Of a stretch of 64,000 bases of DNA, positions 37,560 to 50,880 are shown one piece after another (within the stretch, counting starts at the first letter, position 1; each line of letters starts with the position of its first letter). The DNA comes from Lama glama (Eukaryota). The DNA lies in the NCBI GenBank assembly GCA_028534125.1, contig CM052816.1, positions 49,478,001-49,542,000 on the forward strand, read 5' to 3'. The notes beneath the pieces were generated by a model. The model saw only the letters and a list, made by a program, of their open reading frames with translations. It did no database searches and was not told the DNA's origin. A program made the translations under genes and the position numbers.

Positions 37560-40380
37560 ATTCATGCTAACTGTATGGCTCTGAAAACTGCAACCCTAAA
37601 ATTTAATATAAAGTGGTCTTGGGAAATTGGTGTCTGAAGTGTGTAACTGAAGTTAATGCAAACAGTTCTGTAGGGAAAAAATATGAAATACACCACTTTA
37701 ACAGAAAAAGCTCCAAAGAACATGAATTTAAAAGCATAGAAAATAACACTAAATATAGAGATACATAATCTGCTATGAAAAGAGTTTAGAAAATATAGAG
37801 ACAAGTTTGTACAGACTATATATAGCATAATTATATGCAGAATATAAAATAAATATCTTTAATCTCTTTAAACAAACCTAAAAACGATGGAGTTGAAAGT
37901 GTGGCAAAGGTGAAAATGACTATAAAAGTTGGCCAGTTATATTTGAAATAGAACTAAATTAGACTTACGGAAATGAAAAACATAATAATTGAAATTCTTT
38001 TTTAATAAATAGATTCGTTAAACTGAAAAACTGAAGGGTAGACATAATTAAAACGACATTTGGGGTAGGGGCAACAGAATAAAGAGAAAATGAGATGGAA
38101 AAATTAAAAGAGGAGTTAAGGATAAATAAGTTACAACATATGTCCAATTAAACTTTCTAAAAGGGAAAATTTAGAAAATGATGAAGAAACAAGATCGGAG
38201 ATAAAAGTAGCTGAACTACTTTCTAGAAATTTATGCACTTCCAGAAGAAGGAGCGTAATCATTGTTGGGAAAGTCTGCATAAAGGAATAGTGAGCGAATA
38301 AAAAACCAAACACAGAGGAAAATAAAATTGAATGTATAATGTGTAAACTCATAACAAAAATATGCAATCTCTTTTAGGTTAGAAAAATCAAGTTATAAGC
38401 AAATCCCTGGAAAGCAATTATACTGAAGTCTAAAGTAGATGATCATTGGTAAAGACTGAAATATCATTGTATTAGTTTGAAAAAGGATAAAAATATTGAT
38501 TAACCTAACAGTTGAATAAAATACAAGATTTCGGCTTTCTAGTCAACTAAACTAAAGCAGAAACCAAATAATCATAACTAAAAGAAAAGAAATAGAAATA
38601 TATATCCCAAGCAGGGCAGTGAATGAAGTGAGGGTGAGGACGAGGAGAATCTCGGTGAGTACAAATGAGAGGTAAAAATACACCTAAGCAAAAGCAGAAC
38701 AAATTAAAAGCTTAAGATGAGATGGTAGAATTAATCCAAACATATTGGTGATCCCAGTCAAAATGAATGGACTCTGCACTTCAAAGGAAAGATTGCCAAA
38801 TGAAATAATAAAGCAAAGTATTTACAGGGCACAAGTTCAAAATATAAAGATACAAAAATGTTGAAAGTAAAATAATGAAAAATATAACGTAGCAAATACC
38901 AAATGAAGCAATTTCTTAAATTAGGCAAAACAGACTTAAAGGAAACTACCATTATTAGAGATTAAAAGATTATCAATTACATATTGATAAAAATGTTAAA
39001 TCTCCAGTATCATACATCAGTTCTGATCTTGTATCAACTAATGATAGTTTAAAATATGTAAAGCCAAAAGTAAATAAAGATCAATTGACATTATCAACTG
39101 TCAAGGCAGACTTTTAACTTCATATCCTAATAATTGATAGAACAAGCAGATAAAGTACATAGCGAGTATCTAAAATATAAACTCAATCTAAGGATACATA
39201 TAGAGCACTACCACCAACAAATGGAGAATATGTATAATTTTCAAGAATACATAAAACATTATCCAAAATTTTTAGCATTTTAGGTTATAAAGCAGATTTC
39301 AACATATTTCAGAGTGTCAGTATTATGTCACTGTATTCTCAGAACATAACTTTAGCTTAAAGTCAATAACTACAAAACACAATGTGTTTGGAAATATTTA
39401 AAAAGCATATTTAAAAAAACTCACGAGTCAAGGAAGTAATAGTGGGGATTAAAAAATACTTGGAAATGAATAATTAAAATATTACATGTCCACTTGGGTG
39501 ATGCATTAAAGAAATTATTAGTGGGAAATGTGTAGCCATTAGAGTTATTATGAAGAATCAAATAGAGATATTAGGAAGGAAGAAAAAGGTGAAAATCATG
39601 TAAGCATTACATTTGAGAAGTTAGGTTTAAAAAAATCCAAGATAATTAGAATTAAAGAGATAATAATGGTAGTAGCTCAAATTAATAAAATAATAGAATC
39701 AAAAAGGTCAATAGTTGGCTCTTTGAAATTCCTAAGATAAGGTGTTAAAGATTCTACAAGCTAAAAGTGGCAAGGCCGTAACAAACAGCATTCGTAGGAG
39801 AAAGAGGGTCATAATTGCAGATATTACAGAGAATAAAAAGGTAACTAGAGAAATGAATGAATTCTTTAAAAAACACATTTGCCAAAATTCACTGAAAGAG
39901 AAATAGAAAATCTGAATAGTCCTCCAACTGTTAGAAATAATTAAAGGGAAAGATACAGCTTTTAGAGCAATCATCCTAAAAGAGAAATAGAAAATGCTTC
40001 ATCGTATTTTATGAGGCTTTTATAGTTTTGATCCCCAAACCTGGCAGGAACATTTGGAGAAGAAAATATTACAGATCAGTCTTACTCGCAAAGATAATTG
40101 TAAAAATCTTAAGCAGAATTTTAGGAAAAAAAAATAAAGCAATGTGGGAAAAAATAATGCATCATGATCAAACTGAATTTATTTTATGTATGCAATCTGG
40201 CTCAGACTTTTAAAATCTGTTCACCATATTAAAATGTTAAAAAAGAAAGTAATATCATCTGTAGTTGCAGAAAACAATTTAGTAATATTCAGTAATCATT
40301 TGTGACAAAGATTTTTAGCAAAGTAGAATAGAAGGAAATTCCTTTTTTAATATGGATTCTCCACCAGAAACTTCAGCAAA
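37560..40380 (+). mobile_element. Ancient L1 (L1M/L1ME-like), ORF1 to ORF2 EN/RT region, heavily decayed
   Basis: A-rich strand; aatgaatggactctgcac (EN start); ORF 40028..40213 IPKPGRNI..YRSVLL..KILSRIL..IMHHDQTEFI is an L1 RT motif. Confidence 0.8.
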
Positions 40381-40424
40381 CCTCAGACCCCAAGAAGTGA
40401 TATAGTAGCATGGACAGTAGGGCA

Positions 40425-40525
40425 ACCAATTGCACTACACCATTTTATGTGGGAGATTTCAGCAACCATGGATATGGTGTCATCGAGGGTCCTGGAATTA
40501 ATCTGTGGATACCGAGAGACAACTG
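40425..40525 (+). mobile_element. MER2/Tigger (TcMar) terminal fragment
   Basis: actacaccattttat..gggtcctggaatta..tggataccgagagacaactg followed by TA. Confidence 0.75.
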
Positions 40526-40924
40526 TATATTGTCTTTCTTCTTGTTGGCATCCCTGCGTGGAAGAAACCTTGGTGGATGTTCTTTTATTTTCCTTCTCTG
40601 TTTGGTGTAGGATGGCTTGGAATCAGAGTGTTGGTAGCATTCTGGGGTTTAGGTTGCTCTCCCTGCTTGTACAGTCAATAAGAAGGGCTGGATCTGCCTA
40701 GAGGAGGTCAGTATTACATAGGATTCATAGGATGATGTGGTAGCAAGAGATTTAGGATGCCTCAGTTCTAATTCAGCCTCAGGTTAGAGATCTTCATGAA
40801 ATCTGCACATCTCAACTTCTATTTCTGGTTCTTCAAAATTCCTGCTGTTAACTAGATTTTATTTGCCATCCTTTCCCCTGGGTGCAGCCAGAGCTGGCTG
40901 CCCACACTTTACAAATTTCACTGG

Positions 40925-41045
40925 ATAGCTAAGTTCCCAGGGCTCTGTTAAGATGCAGATGCTGATTAGTTAGATTGGGGGTGGGCCCTGAGTTTCTGTC
41001 TTTCTAACAAGTGTTGCCGGTGCTGCTGCTCTGCATTTTTAAGTA
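40925..41045. mobile_element. MER5A-like hAT MITE fragment
   Basis: gttaagatgcagatgctgatt..gggtgggccctgagtttctgtctttctaacaag. Confidence 0.7.
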
Positions 41046-41274
41046 ATGTATTTCAAATAGTAGGGTATTTTTTAAAAGGTTCTTAGAGTAATTCTTTCAA
41101 TCAGTATACTTTGTTGACTGAACTTAAAAAGAGACTCAGCCACCACAGACAACTTTTTCAGAAGTATTAGTTACATTAAATTTCTTTAATTAGCTGCTTG
41201 ATATAGCCCAAATCACAGATACACTGAAATCAGTGAAGTGTTTTATCATTTTAAGAAAAAAATTCAAGCATGGA

Positions 41275-41480
41275 AGGAGATGTGGTGGAACAGAAAATCA
41301 ACAAGTGAAAAACTCTGGATTTGGTAATGATGAGACTTAGGTGCTAACTAATCTTAGATCTCCAACTACTTGATTATGATTTAAATGATCTAAATCTTAG
41401 CTTCTTAATCTGAAGACTTAGGAGTTGAATGAGCTGCATGATTTCTCTGGATTGCTACAGCTTTAAACTGACATGATTCT
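41275..41480 (+). mobile_element. MIR (MIRc/MIR3-like)
   Basis: tgtggtggaacagaa..ctctggatttgg..cttagcttcttaatctgaa..ctacagctttaaactgacatgattcta. Confidence 0.5.
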
Positions 41481-42619
41481 AACACTTTCAGAATTACAGT
41501 TTTGAGGTAACTCACATATGAGATTTCAGATCATTTATACATAAGCCAAGCAGTGAAGTGCAGAGTTGAGTCCAGGCAATTACCTCAATCATTGAGAAAC
41601 ATAATGAGTATTTTCAGTTGGGTTATTGGTATTAGATGATCAAATTCACTGGAAATAGATCAGTTCATCTTTTATCTTTCTAGTCCTTGCCGTATATTCT
41701 GTTAAACCAATGGTAAATGAAAGAAAAATTGCAATAGAAAAACATTCATGTATTGTGAACCTTTAGTAATGTCACCTCACATGCCTCATTATCCAGTTTC
41801 TACAACTGCCATAAAAAGCATAAAATCCAAAAGATGTTTATATTTTAAATTAAGCTGTTTGAACTTCTTGAAATAATGAGGTTAGAATATAATTTTCTTG
41901 ATTTCTTTGATTCCTGAGACTTACTCATTTAGAAAATTGAATAAGCATATATACTCATTAAATTAGGTGTGGATTTTAAAGTTTATTGTCTTGAAGGCTT
42001 TTCAAAAAATTTATATATTATCATGTCTTGTTTGGGACTCTATAGAAAAATTCTATTTTTGTATTTTAAATATTTCACATTATAGGACAGGAGAGTGATA
42101 GAGGGAAAGATTAAATGATGTCGTTTTATGTTCAAAGTGTTTTGGAAGGAACAGTGATGTTCTTTCCTGTAAAAGTAGATTGGCCTAATAATTTTAGCAT
42201 GGTGAAATTTATGAAATCTAAGAAACCTTTTAACTTACATGTCTGTATGTCTGTGTTAATAAAAGATTCTCCATAGCCTAAAATAGACTTTCCTTTATAT
42301 GCATTTGTTATATGAAAGTCAAATGCTAAATTAAGAAGGAAAAAGATAAAGCAAAGTGGGCACAAAGATAAAGCAGATGTTTCTGATACTGTAAAGACCT
42401 AGCAGAGCAAGTCAGGACTGTGATGGCAGAGATTGGTCATTGGAGTCACTGCCCTGTCCCTTCCGCATGATCTGTGCATCTCATATTTCTTTGTCCTAAT
42501 TCAAACTCCCTTCTGGTTCCCACTGTGGTCTTCCTTTCCTTTTTCTTCTCAGCTACCGGACCCTACTAAATGGTATCTGCCCGATGTTCTCTGAACCTGT
42601 AGTATGTGGATCTCATCTA

Positions 42620-42787
42620 AGTATCTACAATTTGGTTACGAAATTGGACTCACCTGAAGCTTTGAAAAAATGCTAGTGCCTAGGTCCTACCCCTCGAGAT
42701 TCTGATTTAATTGGTCTGAGGTGTGGCCTGGGGACTGGGATTTTAAAAAGCTTTCCAGGTAACTAACATGTAATTGGTGAACTGCTG
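42620..42787. mobile_element. MER5B-like hAT MITE
   Basis: tcacctgaagctttgaaaaaatgctagtgcctaggtcctacccc..gagattctgatttaattggtctgaggtgtggcctggg..ttttaaaaagctttccaggt. Confidence 0.8.
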
Positions 42788-42917
42788 AAATGTACTGAGA
42801 AGTGGACCCGTCTCTTTGGAATCACCATCTACTTATTGCTCAAAATACCCTTCTAGGTGGCTATTATATACATTGTAGAAAAAAAGAAATGGAATATCAG
42901 AAAGGTTAAATGACTTA

Positions 42918-43460
42918 CGAAGGGGCAGAAACTAATTTTCCCTTACCCCTTCTGAGTTCTTAGCTGAGACCTCTGTAATGAAAGATAGATGAACAAGAGA
43001 AAAAGGTACACTAAGTTGTATACCTCATGCATACATGGGAGAGAGGAAAGAAGAGAAACTCAGAGACATGGTTTTCGAATTCAGGCTTCAACACCATCTT
43101 AATAGGGAAAGCTTGGGGAGAGGGGAATGCAAGCTCCTTGGGGGAGAATCAATGATTTTTAGGAGATATGAATGGGCTTTTAAAAGAATAGAAGGGAGGT
43201 GTGATAATTTATGACCATTTGGGTGTGGTGTCTTCCAGGCTCCTCTCTTGTGATAAAAGGTCAGTCCTCCCTGGTTGATGAAACTCCCTGGGAGGGAATT
43301 TATGACAACTGAATGCCTTTTGAAGCATTTGTCTTTAGGCAGATAAAAGCAGTTCAGAGAAAGCCTCTCCCTGCGTTTGCTGTTTTGAAATGCCTGCAGC
43401 TCAGAATAATCAGTATATGAAAGTGGCATATTCTGGAGTAGCGTGTCCTGGACTCCTTCA
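42918..43460 (-). mobile_element. ERV1 solo LTR, MER34/MER39-like
   Basis: Minus strand begins TGAAGGAGTCCAGGACACGCTACTCCAGAATATGCCACTTT..TTATTCTGAGCTG; ~540 bp. Confidence 0.8.
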
Positions 43461-44189
43461 GTTGTTACTTGCAGTAGCGTATTCTGCTCTTCTCCACTTG
43501 CCTATGGTTAATACCACTGGTATGTGATAGCCACAGGATTCTACCCTTGTTTTCCGTGATTGCAGGCTGGCTCCTTCGCTTTACTTAGAAATAAGCCTAA
43601 TTTTGTGCTATGTGACCCAGATTCTTATCAAAGCCGTGGTCTCTTTTCTTACTGTATCACAATATTGTTAAATCAGTAGTCTTCGTAAAAAGTTAAAGAA
43701 ACGATATTTACTTATATATAAAGCTAATACTCTGAATCTGTAATGATAGAATGATTTAAGTTATTTTCTCCCTTTCATTTAATGTGATGCGACAGTGGTC
43801 CATTTGAATTTAAATTGGTATGTTATGTCTTTTAACCTGACTGGCAGTGCCAAGATAGCTATTTGATATTTGCTATATTCTATTTAGTAAAAAAGAATTC
43901 TAATCTTCCCCCATTTAGTTTTAGATATGCATTGAAATGTATACATGTATTTTCAGTCTGTGGGCTCTGTCATAAAACCCAGACCTTTACTATCAGTTAA
44001 TTCACATAATTTTGTGGCAGGAGCAGAATGCCCCTCAAAACATTTCTGAGATTTGTGAAAATTGTATTTTTTCTTTCAAAATATATTTATTTAAGATATT
44101 CCAATATTATATGGGATAATTACTTGAAATTACGGATTTCCTTCTCCTCATTCTCTATGCTAAAATTACTGGTTATATTTAAATCATCC

Positions 44190-44860
44190 ATTTGTTGAGA
44201 AAGAAGAATCCTAAAAGATGAGCACTTGACTGGTTTATTTTGTACAGCTGACAAAAAGAATAACCTAATAACAGAAAAAGATTGTTAAAATGTTCAATAG
44301 AAAGTGCATTGGATGGCGGGAGTGCACTTGGGTACCATCTTTTGGGAGTGATTTGTCATTATGTACCGAAGCCAGTGTGTGTTAATTAACTAACAAAATG
44401 AACCTAAGACCATGCAATTCGAAATACATGGCTTGTAAAAGAATATTTATAGTGACATTATTTGTGAATTTAAAAAACTGGGGGGAAAACCCCATATGTC
44501 TGCCAGTAGTGGAAAGGATAAATTGTTATAATCATCCAAGGAACACTCTACAGCAATGAAGAAAAACTATTTCATGCAACAATCTGGATCAGTCTCACAG
44601 GTATAATGTTGACGTGAAAAATCAGACTCAAAAGATGGCACTTATGAAGTGAAGTCCAGGGGCAGGCAAAACTAATCTGTAATGGTGGTGGTCGTAGGTG
44701 TGTTTCCTTTGGAAGGTGATTGTTGACCAAGAGCACCAGGGAGCGTGGAAAATGCCTTATATTTTTATCTGGGAGGCAAAAAGGGAGGATACTTGTGTCA
44801 ACATGAAGCTGCACACCTGGTTTCTGCACTTGATACAAGTTGTAACTCCTTCGAGGTACA
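44190..44860 (+). mobile_element. L1ME/L1MC-type 3' end
   Basis: ggataaattgttatat..tacagcaatgaagaa..catgcaacaatctggat..tctcacaggtataatgttga..caggcaaaactaatct. Confidence 0.75.
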
Positions 44861-46539
44861 ATAGGTATGTGTATGCACGTGTGTGTGTGCGCATCTATTT
44901 TTTTTTAGTTTCGATCTGAAAGGACCAAAGCTTGATTGAGCAAGACCTTGGAACTCAGCAAATATTTGTATAAACATAAGAAAAATTAATTGTGACCTCA
45001 GCAGATTTAGAATTAGCACCTTAGATGGCTGGGTCACTCACCTTGGTGCTTAGATAACTAATCTGTTTTCAAGGTTTGCCTGTCTTTGGGGGTGCAGTGG
45101 AATTAATTTTTTGTGTAAATTCTTCAAATAATTTTAAATTGCAGTCTTAACATAAAGGAAATTGAGCATACGATTCTTACAATATACGTTTTTTTCATAA
45201 TGATAGCAGAGCCTAAAACTTAACATTGCCCTAATGAATTCTCCTCCACATTAAAAAATGTATTTGTTTTCCTCCCAGTTACTTTGGGTAGATTACTTAC
45301 CACCATGAATCTGAAGATTTCTGATAAAACCTCGTGATCATCATTAGCATCCTGCACAATGATAACTATTGATAAAGTGCTACTCTGAGCTGAGAAGTGT
45401 TTTCTGAAAGAATGTCTAGCTATCAAAGTACAGATATTTCTTGATCAAGAGAATGCTTTTAGAATGTTATTTTAAGTTGTGTGGTCTCAGTGTCAGAATT
45501 CAGTTCCTTGTTTTCGTGAAATTTTTCTGTCGTAACAGGTTTGCTGTGTCACATTTGTAAGAGTCTCTGAAATTGAGGGGAAGCAAGGGTAGCACGGGGT
45601 GACAGAGGGGACAGAAGGGTCTGAGGAAATAACATGTATCACTATCACATAAGGATGAACTTGCTGGCTTGAGAAACATTTTTTTTAAGATAAAGATTTC
45701 ATATAAATGGATAGGGGAAGATAAATGGGGAAAATCTGTTAGACACTAATCTTGAACATAATCATGACTTACAAGTTTGAGCCAAGGTAAAAATTGTATT
45801 CTGCATGTGTATCACCAGTAGACAGCTCATGAAAGGAAATATAAGTATGTCTTATTAGAGCCTATATCTTTATATAAACTATGAAAAGAAATTTATTTGA
45901 CAAACTGCAAATATAATGTCTCCTTTTGTATGTCCGATAAAAATCACTTAACCTACATAAATGATAACTATTTTCCTGGGTTTAAAAGGAAACAACTCAG
46001 TGATGGCGGAATTTTGTCCATTTGCATGACCAAAAGGTTGTATTGAATCTCCTGAGCAATCTTTATTTGAAAATATGATATAGTATTAGAAAAGGAAGTA
46101 GCAATTTATAAAAATCACTATCAGCGATCTATTGGACCAATAGATTGATCTCTTTATACAAATGGTCTTATTTTTTAAAGATTTATTTTTAGTATTGCAT
46201 CTAATGTTACAAATCTAATCCTGTTAGAATATCAAGCATTTCTATTTTATAAAATCTGAATCCTAAATTAATAATTTATTTATATTTTTTTCAATATTTC
46301 TGGAAATTGCTGGCCAAACATGAGCTCTAAATATATTTTTATCCCTGACCGAGGAAATAATTCTTAGTGAAATTGAATTAGTGTAAAATACAAGAGAGGG
46401 CATGTACCAATCATATAAAAACCAGTTGCAATTAAGGTGTCACTAGTTTAGACTGCCCTGCAAATGGTTAGGAGAAGACTTCACTGGAGGAGTTAACACA
46501 GGAAACATTAGGACTATTCATGTGTACAAATCACCCTGA

Positions 46540-47940
46540 GCTTTACAGTCCTGGACACCTTCAGCTACTGCTTCTCTCTTCTGCATTCCAGATACATGTT
46601 CCTACCTGCCTACTGGACATCCTCCAAGCCCTTCATACTCAGCATTTCCAAAGCATACTTTGTAGTCTCTCCTCTGTCTGCCCAAGTTGGATCATTTATT
46701 AGTAATGAAGGCCAGGAAGCGAAGAGGTCAAAAGGTTAGACTGCTTGAGCATCGTTGTCTCTTAGATTCCTCTCCTGTTCATTTCTGTGTCTGTTCCTCT
46801 CACATTGAGTTTTCCAGGGGACCCCTAAGTTGTCTCCCTGCCCTCAACCTCCTCTGCCTTCCAGTATTTCCTTTACACTATTGTCCAGAATTATTGTTGT
46901 AAAATACAGATCTAACCATGATTGCTTGAAATTTTTTTTGTGGGTAAAAGGATAATGCAAGAATCCTACAAAGTTTTGGCCTCAAACTGCCTGTTTTCAT
47001 TTTTCTACCCTAGCCACTCTTTTCAAACCCAATTTTGTCTTTTTTTTTCCCCCTCCTCATTCATATTCTCCTCCATCTCTTCACTACTTTGTGCACTGGA
47101 GACCAAACTTTTTAATATACTGTATCTTCTCATCTCTCCTCTTACATTTTTTTGTATCTCTCTTTTCCTGAACAGTCTCTAGCTAATTGTGGACTTTCTT
47201 CAAGTTCAGCCTTGCCCTCTGCTTTTTTTCCCCCTCTAATAACTCCCTCAGAGAGAGTTCATTTGCTCTTGAAGCTTCAGCTGCCACTTCTGTGCTTCCA
47301 GTGTTTGCTCAACCCAGAGCAGGCAGCCTACAGCTGCTGACAGAACCTTTCTAAAACATAATTTTTGACAAGTTATTTTCCTCTTCAAGAACTTATAGTG
47401 TTTTTTTTTCTATTGCTTATGTGTATAAATGGATAAAGCTGGTCTAAATAAATACCTCTTTTATGACTGTAGCTGATATGGCGTTTCTACAAGTGACTTC
47501 TCTGTTTTGTGGGCCCTCTTTCAACTGTCCCCTCTTTATTTTTCCTTATCCAGATTACTCCAGCAGCAGTCTTACCCATACCACTGTTAATTTTCTTTTC
47601 TGTGACTTTTCTTACTGTTCTCTCTGCCTAGAACATCCTTCCCACTTGTCCATTACTCTGCAGGTACCATTTAACACAAGGCAGGTGGGATTCACTTACT
47701 CCATGGAACCTTTGACCAATCCTACTTCTCTCCTGTCACTTAATTTGGAATGACTTATCTTTATCTTTTGCTTTTAAAACATGTTCTTGTATTTCTTTTT
47801 GTTCTTTAATTGTACCTCCCTAACTAGATTATATATCTGTTATGATCATGTGATTTGTGTCTTTTTTCCCCCTCTGGTACCTAATACACTAGAGATGGAT
47901 ACTTACATAATGCTTACTGGAAGAGTACATGAATGATAAT
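46540..47940 (+). mobile_element. L2 LINE fragments
   Basis: cctgcctactggacatc, tgttctctctgcctagaacatcctt, cctccctaactagatt, tgcttactggaagagtacatgaatga. Confidence 0.7.
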
Positions 47941-47959
47941 TAACTCTTACTGAGTATTC

Positions 47960-48165
47960 ACCAAAAGTCTAGTATTATATAAAGTATTCTACATGAATCA
48001 TTTTGTATATTTTTCTTAAAGCTCCTCTGAAGTGGTACTGTTACAGCTCTCCTGTTGCAGGTGGGGAAACTAAGACACAAGAGGGTAAAATGGTTTGTAA
48101 GGTCATATGGCAGGTGAGCAGTGAAGCTGGGGTTTGGGGCCTTGTACACTTAAAATCACTAACTC
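47960..48165 (-). mobile_element. MIR SINE
   Basis: ttgcaggtggggaaactaagacacaagagggtaaaatggtttgtaaggtcatatggcaggtgag..gctgggg. Confidence 0.75.
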
Positions 48166-49086
48166 TGTTTGGAAAATATGACTTCACAGGGCTACAGAAG
48201 ATGCTGCCATTGATTACATCTTCTCAGGAAATGACTTGCTCAGGAAGCATGCCTTACAACCCTAAAAGTTGTGCCACCAACTTTGACACCACAAAATAAT
48301 AAAGCAGAAGCACTGGGAAGGAATTGCTTTTGGTAGAAATGATTTATGTTTAGGCCTTGACTCATGATTGAGGACTAACTTACTGACTAAGCTCTAAAAT
48401 GTTTTTGATATCACCTAAGCAGTTTTAGTCGAAAGAATTGTGGATAATTTGAACTACAGACTATAATTCACCCATTTGTCATAGTCCCAGATCTCAAGGA
48501 AGATCCTGTTTCATTCATAGAAGGTGGGACGTGAGAGTAAAATTATTGTTGTAACAATGACATTTACCAGGATGGTGTTTTCAATAAAGTGCGCCCCAGT
48601 TTTAGAAATATATCCTGAGCGTTAGAGTTCAATCAGTTCATATGCTCCTGTTTCCAATATTAATCCAACTTTAAAGGAATACAGTCCAAGTGCGTCATCA
48701 GGCTAGTTGCTCTTGTAATTGGTCTCCTACTGTCTTTCCAGCCAGTGCTCAGCCCAAGCCAGTCGCCTTTTTATGTGGCAGCTGATTCTAATACTTTTCT
48801 GCCTACAGTGCAAGAAATGTAAAAGGCAAAGGGCTCACTTGTGCCTGGTGAGTTTTCTTATGATAACGTCCTGAACTTGCTTTGGGGCTTTTGTCTTAAC
48901 AAGGAGAAAGTTAGAAACTGACAATTCTCATGACAAACAAAGAAATTCTGTTCCTTTAAATCTGAAGAGGTTTGTGCTCAAATTCACAGGTCAGAGGATT
49001 TGAAGGACATGACACAAAAGTCAAGAAAACATGTACAACGTGTATCTTGAAGTTGCTTTTTAAGTAAAGAGTAATACAACTCCCAG

Positions 49087-49395
49087 CTTGGAATTGTACA
49101 ACATAGCATCAAATCACACTCAGCTGAGAGCTTTCGAGAGGCCTTGCTTCATTTAGCTAGTGGATTACAGCCTATATCTACAAAAGGCTCCTGGGATCTA
49201 GGGCAACTGAGCTAATATGCGCCTTTGGGAGCGATTCCACAACAACTGTTAAGAGCTCAATTTCGTAGAACAAATTATGTACAAGGTAGGCGCAGCAAAT
49301 AATTGCAAGGTGGTCCAAAGAAATGGTTTTACCATACAAGGGGGAGGAGCTGGTTATTATAATTGTTCACATATGTACCCGTGGGGAAATCCCTG
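49087..49395. mobile_element. MER121-like ancient repeat (possible exapted conserved element)
   Basis: aaaggctcctgggatctagggcaactgagctaatatgc..ggagcgattcc..gctcaatttcgtagaacaaattatg..gcgcagcaaataattgc..ccaaagaaatggtttt..ggggaaatccctg resembles the MER121 consensus as I recall it; CpGs retained. Confidence 0.6.
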
Positions 49396-50569
49396 GAATT
49401 AAAAAAAAAAAGTTAATAGCATTTAAATGCATCTTTTCTATTCTTAAAGACTGATGGAGTCAGGATTATTTAATTACTCCTTTAAGCCCCGGATTTGTTA
49501 TTTTTAGATTTATATTCTGACTGCTTAATTTTAGTCACTTTCTTAAATACTAGGAGTTGTTTTATTTTGTTAGCAAATCCAGCATGTTCCAAGCCACTAT
49601 CTAATGCAGTGTTTTGCCCTCCTAAGAGCTTTAGATTTATTTTTAGCTACTTTCAAGTTACATTAAAAAGACATTTTCCCGTCTCTGGGATTACACTGGT
49701 GATGACTATTTTTATTTATTGTTTTCCATGAGTGAGATCCTTGATTCTGACACATTTCTAAAACCACACAGAGTGAGGGCTTTATTTTTTTAATTTTATT
49801 TTAAGGTGTGATAGTTTTTATCACCCCTAGCATTCCTTCGCTTGTATCTGTGGTTGTGCTTTTTGGCTGCTTAGATTCGTTTTATATTGAAGTAACTTTT
49901 TGAAGGTTTAGTCGTGAAGATATAGAAGTAATTAATGGGTTTCAATGAGGCTTATCCCCAGACAAGATGTATCATTCATCAGATCCTCAATGTGAGATTC
50001 AGAACATAATTTCACCTTACACGCTCAACTGATCTTTTTAACAATTTGTTCTAAGGTTTGGCTTCAAACGTTCGTTTAGGATACATAAAACAAATTTTCC
50101 CCTGGCATTCTTGTGTCAACCTCACTAAAGTAAGAAGAGTGGGATAGAGGCTGCCTGTTCAAAAGTACAGAATGCAAGCTGGCATTTAGCATTGTGTGCT
50201 CTGTCGTGCATGTCAGTTAAATGACAGAAATGCCCCAGATATTCTGGAACACATCGAGAAAACTCCACATTCCAACTAACACAATTTTGGTGCACCCTAG
50301 GTAACTCTGAGTTGAAAATCCAGAGTTTGACATTCTTGTCAGTCCATTGACTATACCAAAAAATGTAGTCAGGCTTGTTGCATTAGGTTAAAACCAAGAC
50401 ATTCTGTTACCAATTCAGTTTTTACCTAGAAAACATTCCTGTTACTCAATGATGAAGCATTAAAGATGAGCTGTATTGTTTCCTAGACCATCTACTTCTG
50501 TATATCTTCATATATTTACCGTTATAGCAGGTTTTTCTATAAGCATTTAGTCAGATTTTTGAATAAATT

Positions 50570-50880
50570 TTGGTTTGTACACACCAAGAAATGCATTACT
50601 CTGTAACCATTAAAAATAAAGTGATAGATTTCTACGGGTTGCCATGAAAAGTTGCCCAGGATACACTGCTGAGTGGAAAAGCTGGCTGCAAAAGAGTTTA
50701 TATGGCACGTTCCACTTTATCCCACACAGAGACAACACACACACACATATGCAGACATACACAGAAACAGACTTGTTCAAGTGGTCACCTCAGGGAAGTC
50801 AGATTCAAGAGATGAAAAAATAAAGTTTACATTGTGATTTTATACTTAATGTAAAAACTTAGCTGTAACTATTAAAAAGG
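50570..50880 (+). mobile_element. L1ME-like 3' end
   Basis: ccattaaaaataaagtgatagat..catgaaaagttgcccaggatacactgctgagtggaaaa. Confidence 0.6.

Noticed and set aside
43088..43429. 113-aa minus-strand ORF
   Set aside because: Entirely inside a MER34-like solo LTR; no recognisable domain
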